Below are positions 46,439-54,790 of a stretch of 64,000 nucleotides of DNA, one piece after another (the stretch's first letter is position 1; the number at the start of each line of letters is the position of its first letter). The translations under genes and the position numbers were made by a program. Source of the DNA: an uncultured Candidatus Saccharibacteria bacterium (GTDB taxonomy: Bacteria > Patescibacteriota > Saccharimonadia > Saccharimonadales > Saccharimonadaceae); NCBI GenBank assembly GCA_964462335.1, contig CAYWYG010000001.1:9903-73902 (forward strand), written 5' to 3'. The notes beneath the pieces were generated by a model, which was not told the origin of the DNA, searched no databases, and was given only the letters and a program-made list of their open reading frames with translations.

Positions 46439-47380
46439 ATGAATATACTCACGATCTGCACAAAACGACCGTCTTTCTTAATCACAATCATTTTCGCCGC
46501 ATTAGTCCTGTTACTCTCTGTGAGTTTCACCTCATTTGCCTCAGCCGACATGCCCGTGCCAGACCCGCCGCGTGATGGCTACGTGCTCGACCAGACCTCG
46601 ACCCTCACACCCGAGCAAGTGACGACCCTCAACCAAACCATCAGCAGCTACAAACAACGCACCCAAGTAGAACTCGGCATCCTCGTCGTGCCAAGCATCG
46701 ACAACGACTATATCGAAAACTTTAGCCTCCACGTCGCACGCACGTGGGGAATCGGCCAAGCTGGCAAAGACAACGGGGCGTTGCTCATCATCTCCAAAAA
46801 TGATCGCAAACTTCGTATCGAAGTCGGCAACGGGCTCGAAGGCGACCTCACCGACAACCGCGCTAGTCAGATCATCCGAAATCGCATCGCGCCCAAATTT
46901 AAAACTGGCGACTACTATGGGGGCATCACATCGGGCATCGAAGGTATGATGTTGGCTATCAATGCCGCCGACGACCCTCTCGCACACAGCCCGAAGAGCT
47001 CGAAAGTAGACTGGTTTATAGTATTTGGCATCGGCGCGTATTTATTTGCGATGGTGCTCTCGTGGTTCGCCTCCATGCTCGGGCGCAGCAAGCGGTGGTG
47101 GCCAGGTGGTATCATCGGTGCCGCACTTGGCGGTGGACTCGGCGCACTTATTGGCACGACACTTGCGATTACGCTTACCTCTGCGTTTGTCGTCGGGTTT
47201 TTTGGATTACTTTTTGACTATTTGGTCAGCAAAAACTATCGCAAAGCCATCAAGCACGGCGAAGCGCCATCATGGTGGGCGGGTGGCTGGGGAAGTGGTA
47301 GCCCCGGTGGCGGTGGTGGTTTTGGCGGATTTAGCGGCGGAGGTGGTTTCTCAGGCGGCGGCGCCAGCGGCAGCTGGTGA
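46439..47380 (+). CDS. TPM-domain protein (YgcG-like) with a Gly-rich C-terminal tail
   Basis: YVLDQTSTLTPEQ...ELGILVVPSI, and the typical LemA-TPM gene pair. Confidence 0.85.
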   Translation: MNILTICTKRPSFLITIIFAALVLLLSVSFTSFASADMPVPDPPRDGYVLDQTSTLTPEQVTTLNQTISSYKQRTQVELGILVVPSIDNDYIENFSLHVARTWGIGQAGKDNGALLIISKNDRKLRIEVGNGLEGDLTDNRASQIIRNRIAPKFKTGDYYGGITSGIEGMMLAINAADDPLAHSPKSSKVDWFIVFGIGAYLFAMVLSWFASMLGRSKRWWPGGIIGAALGGGLGALIGTTLAITLTSAFVVGFFGLLFDYLVSKNYRKAIKHGEAPSWWAGGWGSGSPGGGGGFGGFSGGGGFSGGGASGSW

Positions 47381-47385
47381 CCACA

Positions 47386-47422
47386 AGGAGAAGTTAGATT
47401 ATGGATGTTGGATTATAAAATA
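47386..47422. repeat. solo family-A repeat arm (C-free)
   Basis: GGAGAAGTTAGATTATGGATGTTGGATTATAAAATAA. No complementary partner was seen nearby. Confidence 0.5.
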
Positions 47423-47499
47423 ACCGCTACCTCCGGTAAAAACAGTGATTCGCGTAAAATCTTGGTCTGCACTTCATGTATCTTTGCTTCGTAACTCAT
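47413..47499 (-). CDS. 28-codon ORF with a strong RBS, possibly the stump of a truncated gene
   Basis: GGAGGAAGT-ATG MSYEAKIHEVQTKILRESLFLPEVAVIL. Its stop codon lies inside the repeat arm. Confidence 0.25.
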   Translation of the reverse strand: MSYEAKIHEVQTKILRESLFLPEVAVIL

Positions 47500-47690
47500 A
47501 CTTCCTCCTTATAACCATATCGTACTCGACACACCGAGGCAAAACTAGGGAAGTCAACTTCCCGTAAAATCACGCACTAAAATTGACTAAAGTTACTAAT
47601 TGTGCTATTATTATATAGATGTCGACATCATGTCGATACTCGCACCCGCACACGCTGCATCGCAGCCCGAGCCCAATCAAGGAGCAAGCC

Positions 47691-48179
47691 ATGAGCCTGA
47701 ACCTTCTCGTCCCGCGTGACACGTCAACCGTCCTGGGTGGCGGTACGTACCGCCAGGACGACAGCACGTTCCCGTACACCCCCGACCAGCTCGCGTTCCC
47801 AAGATACCAACTCTTGGGCACGTACGGCAAATCCGAGGCCGAGGAGACCGCGGCGCGGATCATCACCCTGTGCCAGCAGCTCGGTTCTTGGGCTGCCTTC
47901 AACTGGAACGTCCTGCGCCGCATGGTGGCAGACGAACTGCAGACCAACAAGCTCCAGTCCGGCCAGGTGCTCTCGCTCATCTGCGTCGAGATGACACGAT
48001 TCGGTAGCCAACCCGACGAGTGGATCAACAACGTCATTGGCGTCGGCCTTCACCACCTCAAAGACAACGGATACATCGATATGGTGCACGAGGCCGATGG
48101 TGATGCCAGAGTCCCCCTGGTTCGGCTCAGACCGAAGTTCTTCGAGCCGATCGGCAAGTACGCCCAGACAGCAGCGTGA
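47691..48179 (+). CDS. hypothetical protein in a GC-rich islet
   Basis: Shortened to MSLNLLVPRD, which follows AAGGAG. Third positions are strongly GC-biased. Long overlapping ORFs in other frames are typical of GC-rich DNA. Confidence 0.6.
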   Translation: MSLNLLVPRDTSTVLGGGTYRQDDSTFPYTPDQLAFPRYQLLGTYGKSEAEETAARIITLCQQLGSWAAFNWNVLRRMVADELQTNKLQSGQVLSLICVEMTRFGSQPDEWINNVIGVGLHHLKDNGYIDMVHEADGDARVPLVRLRPKFFEPIGKYAQTAA

Positions 48180-48188
48180 CCTGCGGGG

Positions 48189-48214
48189 CCCAGGGGCGCC
48201 ATTGCGCCCCTGGG
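48189..48214 (+). terminator. 11-bp GC hairpin after the GC-rich ORF
   Basis: CCCAGGGGCGC - CATT - GCGCCCCTGGG, with no U-tract. Confidence 0.5.
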
Positions 48215-48236
48215 ATAACCCCTTGTATGAAGTTAT

Positions 48237-48265
48237 TTGACACGTATACATTAGCATGATATATT
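48237..48265 (+). promoter_or_regulatory. sigma70-type promoter TTGACA-17-TATATT
   Basis: Consensus -35 element, 17-nt spacer and a near-consensus -10 element. Confidence 0.5.
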
Positions 48266-48274
48266 GAAAGAGTT

Positions 48275-48382
48275 ATGAAACAACGTACAGCCACATTGAG
48301 TCTATACCCGACGCAGATCTCTGCGAATGCGGGTTATGTCGTCATGAATGACTCGCACAATGCGGCTCCTATTGTTTCCTAA
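48275..48382 (+). CDS. 35-codon micro-ORF, either a leader peptide or part of a small RNA
   Basis: MKQRTATLSLYPTQISANAGYVVMNDSHNAAPIVS. Lies between the promoter and the intrinsic terminator. The RBS is weak. Confidence 0.3.
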   Translation: MKQRTATLSLYPTQISANAGYVVMNDSHNAAPIVS

Positions 48383-48412
48383 GATACCAAAATATTTCGA
48401 ATCGATAGCGAG

Positions 48413-48433
48413 CCTCCGACCAGGAGGTTTTTT
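48413..48433 (+). terminator. intrinsic terminator/attenuator upstream of the MFS gene
   Basis: CCTCC-GACCA-GGAGG followed by TTTTTT. Confidence 0.7.
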
Positions 48434-48547
48434 GATCGCCACAGAACCTGCGCCGGAGACTCCCTTTCGCTCCGAATACGAAACCGCATATGCGACCGTA
48501 CGAGCGAACGCACATTGTCATCACTACCTAACATCGAGGAGAATCTC

Positions 48548-49741
48548 ATGCATAACCCATACTACCGCAGTCTGCGTCTCTTGCAGCTCGAATCTGTTGC
48601 CACGGCAATGGTGTTTGCGATGCCAATTCTCACAATCTACTTCAAAGACGAGATCGGGATGAGTCTCGCGCAAGTCGGACTCAGCCAAGCTGCTTTCACC
48701 ATCCCCCTGCTATTACTCAACGTTGTGAGCGGCTGGATCGCTGATACGTTTAGTCGGCGCTGGTGTAACTTTTTTGGCGATGCACTTGAAGTTGTCGGGT
48801 TTTTAGTCTATGCGTGCGCCACCAGTTTCTGGCAAATAGTCGGCGCAGAGGTATTGCTCGGTATCGGAGTCGCATGTAGCACCGGTGCTGATACGGCACT
48901 TTTCAAAGCATATACCGACCGACTGAAAATCAGCTATGAACGTGTATCTGCTCAGACCAATGAGTGGCGGACACTGGGCGAGATGTGCGCGGTCGGAGTC
49001 GGTGGCGTGGTCGGGGCGTACAACCCCCGACTTGCTATCGGTCTATCGGCGGCAAGCTGCGCCGTCGGCGCAGTACTATCATATCTTGTCATCGAAGATG
49101 GAGAGCGACGTGCGAGACCGAAGGGCACATTCGTCGCGATACTACGGCACGCCGTCGCCGACATGGTGCGTATCACCCGCTACAGCCTCCACGGTCACGC
49201 GCCATTGGCCTGGCGGGTTATCGGCTATGCAGTGGGTCGCAATGTCACGCATGCGTTGATATGGATGCTGACACCGTTGCTCGTGCTCGCTGGAGTCCCT
49301 GCCCAGATCATCGGTATTGGCTGGATGCTCAATCTCGCTGCGGTGTGGCTGGGGTCGCGGGTCGCACGCCGCGCTAGCCTCGCGCTCACCGATGCCCAAC
49401 GCTACGGCGTAGCTCTCGTGGTATTTGTTATCGCCGCAGGCGGTTTGTCGATCAATGTATCCCTGGTGACGATCGGTCTATATGCGGGTTATGGCTTCAT
49501 ACGAGGCTGGATCGCATCAGTCATGCCGCCAATGGTACAAATGCATACACCTGCCGATATGCAGTCTACTGTCATGAGCGTCAGCGGGACGATCGGCAAT
49601 CTGATCTATATACCGCTGGTGTGGGGCTTTAGCGCACTAGGCGATTGGTCACCACAGTGGTCAGTCCTCGCAAATCTCGTGCTATTTGCCCCGATCATGA
49701 TGCTGATCACCCGCAAACTCTCCATCAATGAAAGGAAGTGA
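48548..49741 (+). CDS. MFS transporter
   Basis: Start moved to MHNPYY, which follows GAGGAG. Has 12 TM segments and a GWIADTFSRR loop motif. Confidence 0.85.
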   Translation: MHNPYYRSLRLLQLESVATAMVFAMPILTIYFKDEIGMSLAQVGLSQAAFTIPLLLLNVVSGWIADTFSRRWCNFFGDALEVVGFLVYACATSFWQIVGAEVLLGIGVACSTGADTALFKAYTDRLKISYERVSAQTNEWRTLGEMCAVGVGGVVGAYNPRLAIGLSAASCAVGAVLSYLVIEDGERRARPKGTFVAILRHAVADMVRITRYSLHGHAPLAWRVIGYAVGRNVTHALIWMLTPLLVLAGVPAQIIGIGWMLNLAAVWLGSRVARRASLALTDAQRYGVALVVFVIAAGGLSINVSLVTIGLYAGYGFIRGWIASVMPPMVQMHTPADMQSTVMSVSGTIGNLIYIPLVWGFSALGDWSPQWSVLANLVLFAPIMMLITRKLSINERK

Positions 49742-49746
49742 TGCCA

Positions 49747-49774
49747 CCCCGCCGCAGTCACGCGGCGGGGTTTT
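49747..49774 (+). terminator. intrinsic terminator
   Basis: CCCCGCCGC-AGTCAC-GCGGCGGGG followed by TTTT. Confidence 0.75.
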
Positions 49775-49915
49775 CCTGTCTCGCTGAACTAACTATCTCA
49801 TTTTTCTATGCGCGAACCATATATTCTCCATCACCGATCGGGCGTGGTGAATATAAAGTTTATTGAGATGATGCGCGTTTGTGGACTGAGATACGTCTCG
49901 AGATATATGGAGATA

Positions 49916-50404
49916 TTATTGGGTTTTGATCTGTTTGTACGTTGCCTTTACGCTCGGGCGCCAGCCGGTGATAGCTTCGGCGTCAAATTGATTGATGACA
50001 CCGCCGGTGATCTCGGAGATGCTGACGAGTGCGGGGTTGTACGGTGCCATCATGCGATAAAATCGCAGATCGAGATCGGATATGTGATGGCGGCCAGGAT
50101 AGGCGTGCTTGAATTTGTCGAGGGCGACCTCATCGAAATAGTTTGGTCGGCCTTTGGGCGCACAGTACGCCTCAGCTTTCAGTCCCATACGGAGGATGAT
50201 CTTCCGTACATCGCCAAGGGTCAGGGGAGCAGAGCCCGTGACCAGCGTATACATCTTGTTTTTCGTCGTGATGAAGACACTAGCCTGAGCGCTACGACCC
50301 GCCGGTACACCCCTTACCAGCACTTTCTCTATATCGACCGCCACCCCGAAGCTATCCTTCGCCATCTCCTCCAGCGCAATATCGTCGAAAATCTCGCTAT
50401 TCAT
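49916..50404 (-). CDS. hypothetical protein
   Basis: 162 aa. Preferred over the antisense ORF 49808..50422 on amino-acid composition. Confidence 0.55.
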   Translation of the reverse strand: MNSEIFDDIALEEMAKDSFGVAVDIEKVLVRGVPAGRSAQASVFITTKNKMYTLVTGSAPLTLGDVRKIILRMGLKAEAYCAPKGRPNYFDEVALDKFKHAYPGRHHISDLDLRFYRMMAPYNPALVSISEITGGVINQFDAEAITGWRPSVKATYKQIKTQ

Positions 50405-50443
50405 ATCTGTAGATTACTATAGCATAATTTTTTGAAAAAAGTA

Positions 50444-50472
50444 TTGACATAATTATGTTTATAGTCTATAAT
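50444..50472 (+). promoter_or_regulatory. perfect consensus sigma70 promoter TTGACA-17-TATAAT
   Basis: Both hexamers match the consensus and the spacer is 17 nt. Confidence 0.6.
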
Positions 50473-50478
50473 AAGAAT

Positions 50479-50680
50479 AAGGTTCGCTGCACCTTGTCCT
50501 ATTTGGGCAAACACAGTGGTTGCGAACCAGTTTAAGGTTGACGTCACAAACTTGAGCCATCATAGACGTCAAGCGATCCTCCTAGATGGCCACACCGATG
50601 CCGGCGAGCTCTGTCTCGCCCTAAAGCGAGCATCCCGCCGGCATCGGTTTTTTCAAGCGCCACCACTAGGTGGTTTTTTT
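50479..50680 (+). ncRNA. candidate sRNA or leader of about 170-200 nt ending in two tandem intrinsic terminators
   Basis: Stems GGTTCGC/GCGAACC and TTGACGTC/GACGTCAA, then a single-stranded ATCCTCCTAGA. Terminator 1: ACCGATGCCGGCG...CGCCGGCATCGGT followed by TTTTTT. Terminator 2: CCACC-ACTA-GGTGG followed by TTTTTTT. Confidence 0.5.
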
Positions 50681-50737
50681 GTTTTCATCATTCATCTTTC
50701 TTCCTTCTTCTTTCTCTCATCTTGTATACTTAAACCA

Positions 50738-53700
50738 ATGGAGTTTACACGTAGGTACAAAGCGCTCAACGCAGCGCAAAAGGAGGCCGTCGATACCATC
50801 GATGGTCCCGTCATGGTCGTGGCGGGGCCAGGGACGGGCAAGACCGAGCTGCTCAGTGTGCGTGTCGCCAATATCCTGGACAAAACTGACGCGCTGCCAA
50901 GCAATATCTTGTGCCTGACATTTACCGATAGCGGCGCGGTCGCCATGCGCGAGCGCTTGGCTGGGCTGATCGGACCCGAAGCCTACAAAGTCGCCATCCA
51001 TACGTTTCATAGTTTTGGTACCGAAATCATCAACCAGTTTGGCGAGTATTTTTACCATGGCGCACATTTTCGTCCAGCCGATGAGCTGAGCAGCTACGAG
51101 ATCCTGAGCGAACTGCTCGAAAAATTACCACACGACAACCCGCTCGCGAGCACAATGAACGGTCAGTTCACCCACCTGCGCGATCTGCAGAGCGCCATAT
51201 CTGATCTCAAAAAATCTGGTCTCACGCCTGACGAAGTCGGCATGATACTCGACCGCAATGATGCATTTGCCGAGTGGCTACAGCCGCGGCTGCAACCAGT
51301 TTTCGGTGAGCGCCTCAGCAAAAAGTTATTTCCTGCGATCGAAGCACTCGCCGACGAGATACATAATTACGACGAAGACCCGCTCAATCTCATCGGCTAC
51401 AAACCGCTCTGCCGCGTAATATGGGAAAGTCTACAGGCGGCCGTGGATGAAAGTATCGTCGACTCAACGACCAAACCGCTCAGTGCATGGAAAAAATCGT
51501 ACCTGGCTAAAAACGCCCATGACGACGTGATCCTACGTGATGCGCGCATCTCTCCAAAGCTACGCGCGGCATCTCAGATCTACTATGAATATCTGGTCGC
51601 CATGCAGTCGCATGAGCTCTATGATTTTGACGACATGATCTTGCGTGTCGTCCACGCAATGGAAGTCTTTACCGAGCTACGAAGCGATCTGCAAGAAACC
51701 TATCAATACATCCTCGTCGATGAGTTTCAAGACACCAACGATGCTCAAATGCGGCTCATTTGGAATCTGACGAATAACCCCGCCAGCGAGGGACGGCCAA
51801 ACCTCATGGTTGTCGGCGACGATGATCAGGCTATCTATCGTTTCCAGGGTGCGACCATGAGCAATATCCTGGACTTTACGAGTCGCTACTGGGACGTCGC
51901 CGTCATCACACTGACTGACAATTATCGCTCGCGTGCCGACATATTGCAGCTGGCTCGTGCGGTGATAGTACAGGGGAGCGAACGGCTCGAAACGAGCCTG
52001 GGTATCGATAAAACATTGACAGCACACTACGATGTGACCGCGACTAATAGCATATCACCACTCAGGACAAACGCCCGAGCGCTTGTTGATGAACCCGTGT
52101 CTTACTCGGGCTTGGCCGGGAAGGCCAATTGTCCTTCGGGCGATATGCCATCAGTCGCTTTCAACACATATGCGTCCGAGCACGAAGCCCGCCACGCACT
52201 CGCTCGGCAGATCGCGGCTGATTACCGCACGGATTCATCGGCCAGCCGCGCCGTCATCGCCCGCAATCATCGCCAGCTCGCCGCACTCATCCCGCACCTG
52301 CAAGCCATCGGCATCCCGCTGCGCTATGAACGCCAAGACAATGTACTAGATAGTGAACCAGTCCAGCAACTGGAGCTCGTCGGGCGCATCGTCCAGTACA
52401 TCGCTGAGCAACGTTTCGACGATGCCAACGCACTCCTCCCTGAGCTGCTCGCCCATCCCGCGTGGGGTGTATCGGCGATGGATGTCTGGCGGCTCAGCCT
52501 GCGCGCTCATCGCGATCACATCTACTGGCTCGAGGCGATGCTGACGAGCGACGGGACGCTCCGGCAGATCGCCGAATGGCTCATCGTCGCTTCGCATTAT
52601 GCAAAAAACGAGCCGCTCGAATACATGATCGATCACCTGTTTGGTGTCATTGAAGCACAATTGAGCGACGACGCTCGAGACGAAAGTACATCTGATACAA
52701 CTCCATCCCAGGAGGAATTTGTCTCGCCATACCGCGCCTATTTCTTTCCGCATGAGAGTCTCGATACCCAGCCAGGGCGCTACCTCGCATGGCTCGATGC
52801 CCTGCAACGCATCCGCACGAGCTTGCGCGAATTTCGTCCCGGTGATGTCTTGCAGCTCATCGACATGATCGAGTTTTTGGATCTACACCGCGAGATGGAA
52901 CTAGCGATCCATGGACGAGGCGAGGTCGAGCACGATGAGTCGGCCGTCACATTGCTCACCGCACACAAGAGCAAAGGCCTCGAGTTTGATGCGGTCTACA
53001 TCACCGACGCGATCGAATCGATTTGGGGCAGTAGTGCCCGCACGCGCGCCCGCTTGATCCAATTTCCGTCCAATCTGCCACTCGCTCCAGCTGGCGACAG
53101 TGATGACGAACGCCTCCGCCTGCTCTACGTCGCACTGACGCGGGCGCGTGATCAGCTGTCGTTGTGGTCAGGGCGGGTAAGTGACGGCGGCAAAGATCTC
53201 CTGCCGGTCGGGTCGATCCCGACTGATTGCGTGACGATGACCAGCCATGAGGCGTTGCCGCATCTCGAGCAGATCGCCGCTGCTGAGCACGATTGGCGAA
53301 CGCCGCTTTTCGATGTCGCCTCAGCGACAAAAGACCAGGCGCTCCGGCCAACCCTCGATCACTACAAACTGAGTGCCACCCACCTCAATCATTTTCTCGA
53401 TGTCTCGCGCGGCGGTCCGCAGCTATTTTTGCTACACAATCTCCTGCGGTTTCCGCAGATGATGGGGGTCAGTGCTGCCTACGGCTCGGCTATCCATACG
53501 ACATTGCAACGGGCACATGCTCATCTCGCCTCGACGGGTAAACGACGCCCGGTCGAGGATGTCCTCCATGACTACGAGGAGCATCTCAGGCGTCATCAGC
53601 TATCTGATACTGATTTTGGCAGACAACTGCAGCGCGGCTCGCAGGTCCTGACGGCATTTCTTACTCAGCGATATGACAGCTTCACGCCGCATCAGCTCGT

Positions 53701-54160
53701 CGAACGTGATTTTCGCACCGAGTCGATCCTCGTCGGCGAGGCGCTGATCACTGGCGCGATCGACCTCATCGATATCGATCACGATGAAAAGACGATATTT
53801 ATCACGGATTATAAGACCGGTTCTGCTGTACGAACATGGCAGGGTAAAACAGACTACGAAAAGATCAAACTGCACCACTATGAGCAGCAGCTCATGATGT
53901 ACCGGTTGCTCATCGAAAATTCCCGTCAATTTCGCGACTACGCCGTCACCGGCGCCCGGGTCGAGTTCGTCGAACCAGATGAAAAAGACGAGGTCATACT
54001 ACTGGACTATGTCTACGACGAGGCGAAAATGGCTGAGTTTCGCCGTCTGATCGATGCGGTCTGGGGGCGTATCCAGAAGCTTGATTTTGATCTCGATGAT
54101 GACTATGAGGCGAGTATCAAAGGCATCGTGGCATTTGAGCATGATTTGCTAGAATCGTGA
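50738..54160 (+). CDS. UvrD/PcrA-type SF1 helicase fused to a C-terminal PD-(D/E)xK (RecB-family) nuclease
   Basis: Start set at MEFTRRYKALNAAQ. AGPGTGKT (motif I), DEFQDTN (motif II) and LLTAHKSKGLEFD. C-terminal GAIDLIDID...ITDYKTG nuclease motif. 1140 aa. Confidence 0.85.
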   Translation: MEFTRRYKALNAAQKEAVDTIDGPVMVVAGPGTGKTELLSVRVANILDKTDALPSNILCLTFTDSGAVAMRERLAGLIGPEAYKVAIHTFHSFGTEIINQFGEYFYHGAHFRPADELSSYEILSELLEKLPHDNPLASTMNGQFTHLRDLQSAISDLKKSGLTPDEVGMILDRNDAFAEWLQPRLQPVFGERLSKKLFPAIEALADEIHNYDEDPLNLIGYKPLCRVIWESLQAAVDESIVDSTTKPLSAWKKSYLAKNAHDDVILRDARISPKLRAASQIYYEYLVAMQSHELYDFDDMILRVVHAMEVFTELRSDLQETYQYILVDEFQDTNDAQMRLIWNLTNNPASEGRPNLMVVGDDDQAIYRFQGATMSNILDFTSRYWDVAVITLTDNYRSRADILQLARAVIVQGSERLETSLGIDKTLTAHYDVTATNSISPLRTNARALVDEPVSYSGLAGKANCPSGDMPSVAFNTYASEHEARHALARQIAADYRTDSSASRAVIARNHRQLAALIPHLQAIGIPLRYERQDNVLDSEPVQQLELVGRIVQYIAEQRFDDANALLPELLAHPAWGVSAMDVWRLSLRAHRDHIYWLEAMLTSDGTLRQIAEWLIVASHYAKNEPLEYMIDHLFGVIEAQLSDDARDESTSDTTPSQEEFVSPYRAYFFPHESLDTQPGRYLAWLDALQRIRTSLREFRPGDVLQLIDMIEFLDLHREMELAIHGRGEVEHDESAVTLLTAHKSKGLEFDAVYITDAIESIWGSSARTRARLIQFPSNLPLAPAGDSDDERLRLLYVALTRARDQLSLWSGRVSDGGKDLLPVGSIPTDCVTMTSHEALPHLEQIAAAEHDWRTPLFDVASATKDQALRPTLDHYKLSATHLNHFLDVSRGGPQLFLLHNLLRFPQMMGVSAAYGSAIHTTLQRAHAHLASTGKRRPVEDVLHDYEEHLRRHQLSDTDFGRQLQRGSQVLTAFLTQRYDSFTPHQLVERDFRTESILVGEALITGAIDLIDIDHDEKTIFITDYKTGSAVRTWQGKTDYEKIKLHHYEQQLMMYRLLIENSRQFRDYAVTGARVEFVEPDEKDEVILLDYVYDEAKMAEFRRLIDAVWGRIQKLDFDLDDDYEASIKGIVAFEHDLLES

Positions 54161-54169
54161 TTTTACGTT

Positions 54170-54760
54170 TTATATAATTACAAAGGTCTAGCAAACCATA
54201 GGTTTGCCTATACCTGACACTTTGTGCCGACAAAGTGTCGCAAAACTCCTGGGCGGCTTCAGCTATATCGGGTGCCTCACCGTCTCATGACAGGTCACGC
54301 CAAGACCTCCGTCGAACTCCGGCCCATTTGTATTTATTTTAGATGATGACAAATGGGTTTAGTTGGCGTGAATCATCCCTGTCATGATCCAGCTCGTCAC
54401 TCGACATACCTTGCAGATGCCCAGACCCGATTCGCCTACTGGCGAAAACCTGCGGTTGGCTTAGCTGCATAACACTGTAATTCAGTGCGGTTCACGTCGC
54501 TCTCGACGTACTCTGCGACGTATGTTATCAGGCGCACAATCTCACAAAACCGAGGACTGTTTGAACGGAGTTATAAGCGCCAATGGCGCTTATAACGAAG
54601 AGAGTTCCGCAGGTGATTGTACGCCCTAACCAACATCGGCCAGAGTACCAAGGAGCCGCGACTTGGCTTTTTTGCTTCTTTTTGTGCTAAGACAAAAAGA
54701 AGGCGCTGCTTCTGGCGCTCCAGAAGATGATAGTTCTTGCGTCACAAGAACCAAAAAACC
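54170..54760 (+). ncRNA. about 0.6 kb of ORF-free, hairpin-dense sequence (unknown RNA or degraded element)
   Basis: TATATAAT at 54170. Hairpins GCAAACC/GGTTTGC and GACACTTTGT/ACAAAGTGTC. A roughly 105-nt composite hairpin at 54285-54387. Further stems GTTATAAGCGCC/GGCGCTTATAAC, CCAAG..CTTGG followed by T6, and CTTCTTTTTGT/ACAAAAAGAAG. Confidence 0.25.
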
Positions 54761-54761
54761 A

Positions 54762-54790
54762 TTGACTCTCATCTCAAAAAATGTTATCTT
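54762..54790 (+). promoter_or_regulatory. possible promoter TTGACT-17-TATCTT
   Basis: Hexamers and spacing fit. Lies about 70 nt upstream of the Cys-rich ORF. Confidence 0.3.

Noticed and set aside
47570-48257. Several long ORFs (155, 92 and 177 aa) overlapping ORF 47691..48179 in other frames or on the other strand. Similar shadow ORFs lie inside the MFS gene (48936..49399).
   Set aside because: These are typical stop-poor shadow frames of GC-rich DNA. Only one frame has an RBS, periodic GC3 bias and a following hairpin.
49808-50422. A 204-aa plus-strand ORF antisense to 49916..50404.
   Set aside because: Its composition is rich in Arg, Cys and His and looks implausible. The minus-strand ORF has a normal composition and a sensible start context.
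50516-50737. An in-frame 74-codon N-terminal extension of the helicase ORF (track start 50516, GTG).
   Set aside because: It runs through two strong intrinsic terminators and a G-free tract, its sequence is low-complexity (FFVFIIHLSSFFFLSS), and helicase homology begins at Met75 (MEFTRRYKALNAAQ).
54434-54472. A possible tmRNA tag reading frame, GCC TAC TGG CGA AAA CCT GCG GTT GGC TTA GCT GCA TAA (AYWRKPAVGLAA*). A GGAGTTCGACGGAGG-like motif also occurs on the opposite strand near 54310.
   Set aside because: No tRNA-like acceptor/T-arm with a CCA end lies at a compatible distance on either strand. The TTCGAC-like motif is on the wrong strand relative to the tag. The ending in LAA is probably coincidence.
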